A DNA stretch of 64,000 nucleotides from Hypanus sabinus (taxonomy: Eukaryota). The stretch's first letter is position 1. The number at the start of each line of letters is the position of its first letter. The stretch spans positions 87,420,001 through 87,484,000 of the forward strand of contig NC_082720.1 of the NCBI RefSeq assembly GCF_030144855.1, in the 5' to 3' direction. Below are positions 49,846-60,004 of this stretch, piece by piece. A program made the position numbers and the translations under genes. The notes beneath the pieces were generated by a model that was not told where the DNA came from, ran no database searches, and saw only the letters and a program-made list of their open reading frames with translations.

Positions 49846-50330
49846 GTGACTGAATCCCCTCCCACAGCCCATGGACACATTTTCCCATTCCGGACTCTTT
49901 CCACCCACTGAATCCCCTCCCACAGCCCATGGACACCTTTTCCCATTCCGGACTCTTTCCACCCACTGAATCCCCTCCCACAGCCCATGGACACCTTTTC
50001 CCATTCCGGACTCTTTCCACCCACTGAATCCCCTCCCACAGCCCATGGACACCTTTTCCCATTCCGGACTCTTTCCACCCACTGAATCCCCTCCCACAGC
50101 CCATGGACACCTTTTCCCATTCCGGACTCTTTCCACCCACTGAATCCCCTCCCACAGCCCATGGACACCTTTTCCCATTCCGGACTCTTTCCACCCACTG
50201 AATCCCCTCCCACAGCCCATGGACACCTTTTCCCATTCCGGACTCTTTCCACCCACTGAATCCCCTCCCACAGCCCATGGACACCTTTTCCCATTCCGGA
50301 CTCTTTCCACCCACTGAATCCCCTCCCTAA
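49846..50330. repeat. 58-bp minisatellite, ~8.4 near-identical copies
   Basis: Unit CCCACAGCCCATGGACACCTTTTCCCATTCCGGACTCTTTCCACCCACTGAATCCCCT. Confidence 0.97.
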
Positions 50331-52133
50331 GCCCAGGACGTTCCCCACCAACTGAATCCTCTCCCTACCAGCTGAATCTTTCACATAACCCATGGACTCT
50401 CTTCCCCATCACCCAATTGACCCATCATATATCACCCTGTGGAACTCTATTTAAATTACCTTTGACCTCCAAATGTATTGGATTTTTTCAGCTTCATTTA
50501 TTTAACACATGGACATCGAAACATTCAGTGAAATGCATTGTTTGCATCAACAACCAACACTACACATTTTTTCAGGCTGACCTCCTTCTGCCACTTTTCG
50601 GTCCAGCTCTGCATTGTATCAATGTCCCGTATCAACACTGTCCACACCGCCAACCTTCACTCACGGTGATGTTATCTGGATGGAAGGGCTTGAGTTATAA
50701 GATACCCTGGACAGTATGAGCCCAAGGTGTGACCTTATAGAGACCTATAAACACAAGAGATTATGCAGATGCTGGAAATCCAGAATTATACATACACAGG
50801 ATGTGGATTACAAATTACAGCAGGAGATAGAAAAGGCGTGTCAGAAAGACAATGCCATGATAATCGCTGGGGATTTTAACATGAAAGTGGATTGGGAAAA
50901 CCAGGTCAGTACTGGACCTCAAGAGAAAGAATTTGTAGAATGTCTAAGGGATGGCTTTTTAGAACGGCTTGTTGTTGAGCCCACTAGGGGATCGGCTGTG
51001 CTGGATTGGGTGTTGTGCAATGACCCCGAGGTGATAAGAGAGCTTAAGGTTAAGCTACTCTTAGGGAACTCAACAGGTCAGGTCGTATCAGTACTGACAA
51101 AGGACCTCGATAAGAAACGTTGACACCTTATTCTTCTCCATAGATGCTGCCTGACCTGTTAAGTTCCTCCAGCACTTTGTGTGTGTTACTAGAGATTTAG
51201 AAAATCACTTGGGGCTTAGATAGGGTCGGTGTCTTTTCTCCAGGCTAGAGGATCTAAAACTAGAGGGCATTAGTTTAAGTTGGAGGAGAATAATTTAGAG
51301 GGGGATCTGAGGGGTAAATTTTTCCACACAGACGATGGTGGGTTAATGGAATTAGCTGCCAGAGGAAATGGTTCAGTTGGTTACAATTACAATGTGCAAA
51401 GGACATTTCAACAATTCCTGTTTGTATAGTGAAACATAGTGTGAAATGCATTGAATGAGCAGGTAATGTGGCCACTGAGTGTATATAGAGTGGATGTGGA
51501 GAGGATGTTTTCAAAATTGAGGGAGTCTGGGATTAGAGGGCACAACCTCAGAGTAGAGAGATCCATACAGAGCAGAGACGAGGAGGAGCTCCTGTAGCCT
51601 GATGTGGGTGAATCTGTGGAATTCATTGCCATGGACAGCTGTGTTATTTGGGTATCTTTAAAGCAGAGGCTGATGGGTACTTGATTAGTCAGGATGTGAA
51701 AGGTCACGGGGAGAGGGCAGGAGAATGGGGTTCAGAGGGATAATAAATCAGCCATAATGTAGTAGCGAAGAAGACTCGATAGGCCAAATGGCCTAATTCT
51801 GCTCCTGTGTCTTATGATTTGTGTTAACAACCATCACAACCTAATGATGTGCTGGGGGCAGCCCACAAGTGTCAGCACGGAGTCCCACACAGCGTTCAGC
51901 AGAACAACAGAGAACCCAACAAGCAACAAAACAAAACAGCAGAGAAACAAGCTCCGTGCCTCGCTCACCCCCTCCCACCCACCCACCACACATGGACAGT
52001 TCCCTCTGCCCTGACCTGAGGACTTCTCCGTCTGTCATCTCATAGCTCAAGTCATTCATTCTGGACCAGTTTTCTAAGTCATTGTGTTCTTTCCTGTCTC
52101 TCAGCTTAAATTAGATTCTCTTGCCATCTTTAG

Positions 52134-52148
52134 GCTTCCTAAACCCAG
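52134..52148 (+). CDS. CD74: Candidate CD74 micro-exon (S)FLNP, 15 nt, phase 1-1; competing acceptors at 52104 and 52114
   Basis: Consensus donor CAG|GTGAGT at 52149; only the acceptor at 52133 keeps a multiple of 3. Confidence 0.45.
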
Positions 52149-52452
52149 GTGAGTCAAGCTCTTTAGGCTTGGACACATGAGTAACATGGAGTGTCCTTTG
52201 ATGTCCAGCACAGAAGTAGTTGCTTTGTCTGACTAAACTACCCAACCTCTCGCTTCCCTAATCCTCTAATTAAATTTGCCTGTCCTTCCTCAGCCAGATG
52301 TTTCTTGAGCTTAAAGTAGTAAGCTCCCTGTCCTCACTGCTCTCCTGAGTGAGTCAAAAGTCTCTTCAGTATTTGGCAGACATCCACCAGCATAATGTTG
52401 CATGTGCCTGTGCTCGTTGTCTCTCACCAGCACTGCTACCCTCCGCTTCCAG

Positions 52453-52493
52453 ATGTGACGTTGCAGGGAGAATCGGGTGGAAACTGTTGTTGA
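52453..52493 (+). CDS. CD74: Candidate CD74 terminal coding segment (D)VTLQGESGGNCC*
   Basis: CTCCGCTTCCAG acceptor, phase 1; contains an acidic Ser-Gly like the human C-terminal DPSSG; rival acceptors at 52293, 52297 and 52430. Confidence 0.3.
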
Positions 52494-52971
52494 TGAATCA
52501 AACACTCAGGACGGGAGCAGGGCAGTGGGACTCTTGCTCCTGTTTTGTGTGCTTGTGATATCCCGGCTGATCAAATTACTCTGCATTCCTGCCCGTGTCC
52601 AGTAACCTCTGAGCACCTTGTTTATTAAGAATCTGTCCGGCTCTGTATTGCAAATATTCAAAGATAAAGGAATTGTAGAATCAAGTTCCTTGTGATAATT
52701 TCCAAACTGAAACGTGTCTTTCTCATCTCTTACAGTTTTTAATGCTTAAGGAAGCCACATCGTTGGACGAGGTCATCTAGACCAGCTTTACTCCCCAGAC
52801 ATACATTAATTGCATAGATCGATTTTTTATTAACATCGGATTTGATTGATAACTGTTGATATCTGACTTGTAGCCAGTAGATTCATTTCCTTACTTGCTT
52901 AAGATTCATCCACAAGAATTTTTTTCTCTTAGAAGTAGAAAAATCAGACTGGCTCGATCTTTGAAATTCCT

Positions 52972-53265
52972 ACAACTTGATGGCATGAACATCAATTTCT
53001 CCAACTTCCATTGATTTCTCTCTCCTCCCCCTTCTGTTTTTTTTTCCATTCCCCATTCTCAACCCTTCTCTTCTCCTCACCTGCCCTGTCCATCACCTCC
53101 CTCTGGTTCCCCTTTTCCTTCCCTTCTTCACATGGTCCTCTCTCCTATCAGATCCCTTCTTCTTCAGCTCTTTACCCCTTCTACCTATTACCACCCAGCT
53201 TCTTCCCTCACCCACCCATCTCTTCTCCTCACCTCCGTTTGGTGGCCTCTCATGAGGGGCAGAGT
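52972..53265 (+). mobile_element. Penelope-like 3' end fragment
   Basis: LQLDGMNINFSNF motif followed by the pyrimidine-rich terminal sequence. Confidence 0.7.
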
Positions 53266-53799
53266 GAATCATAGAGGAGCAGTTTAAGATTCTCTGCAAA
53301 ACAATTGCATTAGTGTTAATTACTTTATTTACCATTTTGTTTGAAGTTAGAACTACCTATAATTAATTTGCTTCCAATTAGTAATATTAGTAATTAGTAA
53401 TATTGCTTCCAGATCTCATTTAATATCTGGTAATCGCTAACTACTGCTTGGGGAGATTATTTTGCAATAAAGGAAATGGCTTTGATTTTGATTTTCTTTG
53501 GGTTGTGGAGACAGTTGAAATTGGTTGAGTAAAAATTGAACATCTGGCTTATCACAAAGGACTATTAAACGGCCTCAGTTGTTAAATGTACTGGTTGTAT
53601 GTGTGGGTATGTGTTTGTGTCTGCGTAGGGCAAAGTGCTGTGGCATTGAACAGGTCTACCTTGGACGGACTCATGCAGGTTCAAGATTGGGCGACCTGGC
53701 ATTTCACCTCAAGTTCCAACAGTCAGAGCTGATTATCTTCATGCATCGCCAGCCAAACTCAAAAATAAATCCCTAGTGTCGTGGCTCTTTGGTGCAAGT

Positions 53800-53955
53800 G
53801 TCACCCAATCAGGAGTTAGGAGCGCTTTTTTTTCACCAATAGGTTCAAGAGTGAGCATGTTGTGTAATCAGCGTTGCAAGCACCAACCAATCAGAAGTTA
53901 GGTGGCTATTTTTTCCACCAATGAGCTCAAGGGCAAGCATGTTGTGTAATCAGTA
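53800..53955 (+). repeat. 82-bp tandem duplication, each copy with two CCAAT boxes 31 bp apart
   Basis: CCAAT at 53805, 53836, 53887 and 53918; shared AGTTAGG and GCATGTTGTGTAATCAG. Confidence 0.8.
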
Positions 53956-54254
53956 GCTGGGGGGATGGGAGCAGGGCTCTGCGAAGAGTGCGATGATAAG
54001 ATTGCAGCTGGCCAATGTTGACATCATCTTCAGGAGTGCTGTTGACTGTCAAAGATCAAGGTGACTCTCTATATCAAGGAACTCAAAATGTTCCAAATGG
54101 CTAAATGGTGAAATAAAAACTGGACAAAATCTTTTTTGTTTTTGTTTTTTTAAATGAACAATGTCTGACAAAGAAAATCTCAGCTGCAGTTATATGGTGC
54201 CTTGTAGAGCAATCTACAGAAATAATTCCATCGTACAAATCACAAAACGAATTG

Positions 54255-54620
54255 AAAGGTCTGGACAGAGTGGACGTGGAGAGGATGTTTCCAATAGTGG
54301 AGGAGACTAGGACCAGATGGCACAGCCTCAGAATAGAGGGATGTCCATTTAGAACAGAGATGAGGAGGAATCTCTTTAGCAAGGGGGTGGTGAATCTGTG
54401 GAACTCATTGCCACAGATGGCTATGGAGGCCAGGTCATTAAGTGTATTTAAAGAGGAAGTTATAGGTTCTTGATTAGTCAGGGTGTCAAAAGTAATTGAG
54501 AAAAGGCAGGAGAATGGTGTTGAGAGGAATAATAAATCATCCTTGATGGAATGGGGGTGGTGACTTGATGGGCTGAATGGCCTATTTCTGCTCCCCTGGC
54601 TTATGTTGCTATGGTCTAAT
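54255..54620 (+). mobile_element. CR1 LINE 3' end
   Basis: KGLDRVDVERMFP...RRNLFSKGVVNLWNSLP, then the 3' UTR. Confidence 0.8.
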
Positions 54621-55058
54621 GAGTGGTAAATGGTTTCTTATTGCCACGTGTACTTAGGTAAAGTGAAAATATTTCCTACCATGGACACAGATCTGTCCAT
54701 CACGTCAGTACAAGGGAAAACAACAATGCAGAATAACGTGTTACAGTCACAGAGAAAGTGAGGCAGGCGATGAGATGCAAGGTCACAGCGAGGTGGACTG
54801 TGAGGCTAAGAGTCCATCTTAGAGGTCTGCTCGAGTCTGATAACACCAGAACAGAAGCTGTCATGTAGGAAATGCGGTATGTTCTAGAGTCTGATGCTAT
54901 GGCAATTCACAAGCTCTAAAGCAGTAACATAGTGACATTGGGAGTCATTCAGTCACACTGCACAGAAACAGGCACTTCAGCCCTTCTCATCCATACTGAC
55001 CAAGATGCCTAGTTAAGGTAGTCCCATTTGCTCACGTTTGGCCCATATCCCTGTCAAC

Positions 55059-55137
55059 CAGGGGTTCCCAATCTGGCAGCTACTGACCCGTCGCTTAATG
55101 GTATTAGTCCACGACAAAGAAAAGGTTGGGACCCCTG
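55059..55137. mobile_element. Small hAT-type MITE (~79 bp)
   Basis: TIRs CAGGGGTTCCCAA / TTGGGACCCCTG; inserted in a CR1 3' end; no clean TSD. Confidence 0.6.
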
Positions 55138-56169
55138 CCTAAACCTTCTCTATCCAAGTGTCTGTTCAAATACAGGGGATTCCGGTTAATTGGAGCACAT
55201 CATGACAAGTACATTTGGGTCCAATTAAACAGCTGCCCCAAATATAAACTGCCATTTAACAGAGCAACCAATTATTTATTTTTGTGGTGACCCAATCAAA
55301 TCAAGAGAGAAATAGGAGGCAACACTCAAATCCATGAGTGAGATTTTAAAAAGGAGTGTTAGTGAGATTTTGGCATTTTCCAGTGGCCTAATCAAATAGC
55401 AATTTATTACCAAGAGCCAATAAAAATCAGGCAGCAGCAAGTGGAGTGGCCATTGTTGGAGTGAACCACAGTTAGAGTGAGGAGGCTTTGGCTCATCAGG
55501 CTTCAGTGAGTAGAGACTTGCGTGATGTACAAGAAGAACATTTTTCTTCTTCATTCTTCATTCTTTAACTGTTAGTGCATAGTTAGAGCAGTGAGAATTG
55601 TTCCAAGAGCTGTCTTGGGTTCTTTGTGTGAAATGTGAGGATTCTGGGAGACCTCCAGCCTCCTGGATAACCACATCTGCACAGGCGCAGCGAACTGCAG
55701 CTCCCCTGAGAATGTGTTAAGGGACCAGAATGGCAGCTGGATGAACTTTGGCTCAGATGAGAGTCTGAGCAGGTGATAGATAGGAGCTACAGAGAGTTGC
55801 AGGAGGCAGGTAGTTGAGTGACTGTCAGGAAAGGGAACAGAAATGGGCAGCCCATGCAGAGTGCCCCTGTGTGTAGTGAGACTCAGCAAGGATGGGAAGA
55901 TGATGAGGCAGAATTGCAGTCAGTGGAATGAGTTGCAGTGTAACGGAGACAAAGTTGAAAGGGCGACGGTATCAGGACTGAAGGTGTATGGGGCATCCGA
56001 ACAGTAGGATCCAAACAGTAGGCAGGATGTAGGCTACAAATTACAATGCAAGATAGAAAATGCATGTCAAACGGACAATGTTATGATAGTCATGGGTGAT
56101 TTCATTATGCAGATTTTGAACGAATTGACTTTATTTCTTACGTCCTTCACATACATGAGGAGTAAAATC

Positions 56170-56730
56170 TTTATGTTACTTCACCATCTAAATGTGCGAT
56201 CATAGTAATTTATAATAAATAGAACAGTCAATGTAATATAGAGCACACTCAAGTCAGCGTGAGTTCATCAGTCTGATGGCCTGGTGGAAGAAGCTGTCCC
56301 GGAGCCTGTTGGTCCTGACTTTTACACTGCGGTACCGCTTCCCGGATGGTAGCAGCTCAAATAGATTGTGGTTGGGATGACTTGGGTCCCCAATGATCCT
56401 TTGGGCCCTTTTCACACACCTGGCCTTGTAAATGTCCTGAATCATGGGAAGTTCACATCTACAGATGTGCTGGGCTGTCCACACCACTCTCTGCAGAGTC
56501 CTGCGATTGAGGGAGGTACAGTTCCCACACCAGGCAGTGACGCAGCCAGTCAGGATGCTCTCAATCGTGCTCCTGTAGAAAGCTCTTAGGACTTGGGGCC
56601 CGTACCAAACTTCCTCAACCGTCTGAGGTGAAAGAGGCGTTGTTGTGCCTTTTCCACCACACAGCCGGTGTGCACAGACCACGTGAGGTCCTCGGTGATG
56701 TGGATGCTGAGGAACTTGAAGATGTTCACC
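56170..56730 (-). mobile_element. Rex1/Babar LINE 3' fragment
   Basis: RAFYRSTIESILTGCVTAW...IIGDPSHPNHNLFELLPSGKRYRSVKVRTNRLRDSFFHQAIRLMNS. Confidence 0.85.
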
Positions 56731-56739
56731 CTCTCAACC

Positions 56740-58312
56740 CCAGATCCATTGGGGAAATTGGGTAGATTGGGAAAATTAAGTTGGTGCTGATTTGGATCCC
56801 AAGAAAGAGAATTTGTAGAATTCCTATCAGATAGCTTTTAGAGCAGACTGTGGTTGAACCCTCTAGGGCAGGGGCAAACTTTACCACTGAAAGAGCCATA
56901 TGGACCCGCTTTCCACAGAAAAGAAAACACTGGGAGCCACAAAACCCGTTTGACATTTAAAATGAAATAACTGCATAAAACGGTTTTTTTGCCTTTATGC
57001 TATGTATAAACAAACTATAATGTGTTGCATTTATGAAATTGATGAACTCCTGCAGAGAAAACGAAATTACATTTCTGCATGCAACAAAAACATTTTGAAC
57101 TCTGAAAAAAAGACGTTGGGTTGAAGGTTACTCCATAGTTAGCCTACCTTGGATCGAAGAATTAAAAGAAAGCGCGCACTGGCGGGTGTCAGGCATTGGC
57201 AGTGGTGATGTATATTAATGGTGATAAAAAACACGTTGTAGCGGTGTGCTACACGCAGCGCTAAAATAACGAGACTGCAGTCGAAGATAACTTTATCCGA
57301 ACTAAACAGCCTTGCTTTAAAGCCTCCCTCAACCCGTCCCCGTGGGCGCGGATGCTCCAAAAGACACGTACTCACAAACCCCCGTAGGCTATCTCCCTTA
57401 GCCGGAACAGTGGCTAATTTGGAGCCGGTTCGGATGTGCCAGGAAATGGGGTCGCCCCAACGTTTTATTTAGATTGTACAAGATCACCATAATCTTCAAA
57501 TTTCGAATTACATTTCAAAAACTAACAAACCACGGGGAGCCGCAGCACAGAGATGAAAGAGCTGCATGCGGCTCCGGAGCCGTGGGTTGCCGGCCTCTGA
57601 TCTAGGGGATCAACTATTTTTGATTGGATGTTGTGTAAGGAACAGGATTTGATTAAGGAGCTCAAGGAAACAGTAATCATAATATGATAGACTTTACACT
57701 GCAACTTGAGAGGGAGAAGCTAAAGTCAAATGTATCAGCATTGCAGTAGAGTAAAAGGATTTCCAGAGGCATGAGAGAGGAGCTGACCTTTTGGAAAGAG
57801 ACACTAGCAGGGATGACAGCAGAGCAGCAATGGCTGGAGTTTCTAGGAGAAATTTGGAAGGCGCAGGATAGATACAGTCCAAAGGAAGGAAGTATTCTAC
57901 AGGAAGGATGGCACAACTGTGGCTCACAAGGGAAGCCAGAGCCAACATAGAAGCAAAAGAGAGGGAAGATAATAGAGCAAAAATTAGTGGGAAATTAGAA
58001 GTTTGGGAAGATTTTAAAAATGAACAGAAGGCAACTAAAAAAGCCATAAGGAGAGAAAGGATGAAATACGAAGGTAAGCTAGACAATAATATCAAAGAGG
58101 ATACCAAAAGTTTTTTTCAGATGTATAAAGAGTGAAAGAGAGGTGAGAATGGATATCAGAATGCTGGGAAATGACTCTGTAGAAGTAGTAATGGGGACAA
58201 GGAAATGGAGGATGAACTAAATAAGTATCTTGCATCAGTCTTCACTGTGGAAGACACTAGCCGTATGCCAGAAATTTGAGGATGTCAGAGGGCAGAAATG
58301 AGTGCTATTATT
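56740..58312 (+). mobile_element. CR1 ORF2 fragment interrupted by a hAT MITE
   Basis: The APE-region sequence (...FLEQTVVEPSR | GSTIFDWMLC...) is continuous once 56869-57599 and one TSD copy are removed. Confidence 0.75.
56869..57599. mobile_element. Non-autonomous hAT (Charlie-like) transposon, 731 bp, with an 8-bp TSD
   Basis: Ends CAGGGGC... and ...GGCCTCTG; TSD CTCTAGGG (56861-56868) / ATCTAGGG (57600-57607), resembling the NTCTAGAN target preference. Confidence 0.8.
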
Positions 58313-58880
58313 CCTTCTTAAAGAGTGGAGTGACATTTGCAATTTTCCAGCCTTCTGGAAACCATTCCAGAATCTAATGATTCTTGAAAGATCATTACTA
58401 ATGCCTCCAAGATTTCTTCAGCTACCTTTTTCGGAACCTTGGGATGTTGTCCATCTGTGCCAGATGACTTGTCTACCTTCAGTCTTTTCTGCTTCCCAAG
58501 CTCTGTCTCCCTAGTGATAACAACTGCACTCAGTCCTATCCCCTGACACCCTCGAATTTCTGACATTATGCTAGTGTCTTCCACAGTGAATACTAACACA
58601 AATACTAATTCAGTTTCTCCACCATTACTACCCATTTTCCAGCAGTCATGCCTTTCTTTTACTCCTTATACATCTGAAAATCTTTTTGTATTCCACGTTA
58701 TATTATTTGCTGGCTTCCCTTCATACTTCAACTCTTTTTTCTTTTTAATTTCCTTCTGTTGTTTTTTAAAAGCTTCCCAATCCTCTAACTTCCCACTACT
58801 TTGTGCTATTTTATACACTCTCTCTTTTGCTTTGATTCTGTGTTGGATTTCCGCTGTCAGACATGGTTGTCTGATTCCCT
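58313..58880 (-). mobile_element. CR1 ORF2 fragment, inverted relative to 56740-58312
   Basis: Minus strand QPCLTAEIQHRIKAKERVYKIAQSSGKLEDWEAF and KVDKSSGTDGQHPKVPK. Confidence 0.8.
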
Positions 58881-59039
58881 CCCTTTGGAATCGAACACAG
58901 AACATAGAAATCTACAGCACATTAGAGGCCCTTCAGCCCACAATGTTGTGCTGACCATGTCACCTACTCTAGAGACTGCCTAGAATTACCTTACCACATG
59001 GCCCTCTATTTTTCAAAGCTTCTTCATCTTTAGGATGTA

Positions 59040-59975
59040 TCTATCCTGGAAGCACAAGAAAATCTGCAGATGCTGGAAATTCCAAAACAACACGCACAAG
59101 AAGCTGGAGGAACTCAGCAGGCCAGGCAGCATCCATGGAAAAGAGAACAGTCGACATTTCGGGCCGAGACCCTTCATCAGGACTGAAAAGGAAGAGAAGT
59201 CAGATTAAGAAGTTGGGGGGGGGGGGTGGAAGAAGTACAAGGTGCTGGTGATAAGTGAAAGTGGGTGGGGGAGAGGGGTGAGGTGAAGAGCTGGGAAGTA
59301 GATTGGTGAAAGAGATAAAGGGCTGGTGGAGGGGGAGTCTGATAGGAGAGGGTAGAAGACCATGGAAGAAAGGGAAGGGGGAGGAGCACCAGAGGAAGGT
59401 GATGTGCAGGTAAGGAGATAAGGTGAAAGTGGGAAATGGGAATGGAGGAGGAGGGGAATCAGAGACCGGAAACTCAAGAAATCAATGTTCATGCCATCAG
59501 GTTGGAGGCTACCCAGATGGAATATAAGGTGTTGCTCCTCCAACCTGTATGTGGCTTCATCATGGTGGTAGGGCAGGAACTGGATTGAGAAATAGAATTG
59601 AAATGGGCAGCTATCGGACACAGTGTGGGCGCACACCTCAGCAAAGTGGTCTCCCGATCTGCGTTGGGTCTCACCGATATACAGGAGGCCACACTAGGAG
59701 CAGCAGATACAGCATATGCCCTCTACAGACTCACAGTGGAAGTGTCGCCTCACTTGGAAGGACTGTTTGGAACTCTGAATGGTAGTGAGGGAGTAGAAGT
59801 AGGTGTAGATGTGGCACCTGTTCTGCTTGCAAGGATAAGTACCAGGAGGGAGATCAATGGGGAGGGATGAGTGGACTCAGGATTCATATGGGGAACGATC
59901 CCTGTGGAAGGTGGGAAGTAAGGGGGGCATAGAATGAAAGATGTGCTTGGGGGAAAAGTCTGTTTGAATTGTAAA
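59040..59975 (-). mobile_element. Penelope-like retroelement, 3' part (GIY-YIG endonuclease and terminus)
   Basis: LPPGTYPCKQNRCH, CGLLYIGETQRRSGDHFAE and DEATYRLEEQHLIFHLGSLQPDGMNIDF on the minus strand. Confidence 0.85.
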
Positions 59976-60004
59976 GAAATGTAAGAGGTCCTGAAAGGAG
60001 AATA

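Larger units (their letters stand above)
24554..52493 (+). other. CD74: CD74 gene model (MHC class II invariant chain), coding span; 3' terminal exon(s) uncertain
   Basis: Eight exons join in consistent phase (2,1,0,0,0,1,1,1) through GT-AG sites to give cytoplasmic tail, TM, CLIP, trimerisation domain and thyroglobulin type-1 domain in the known CD74 order. Confidence 0.95.
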
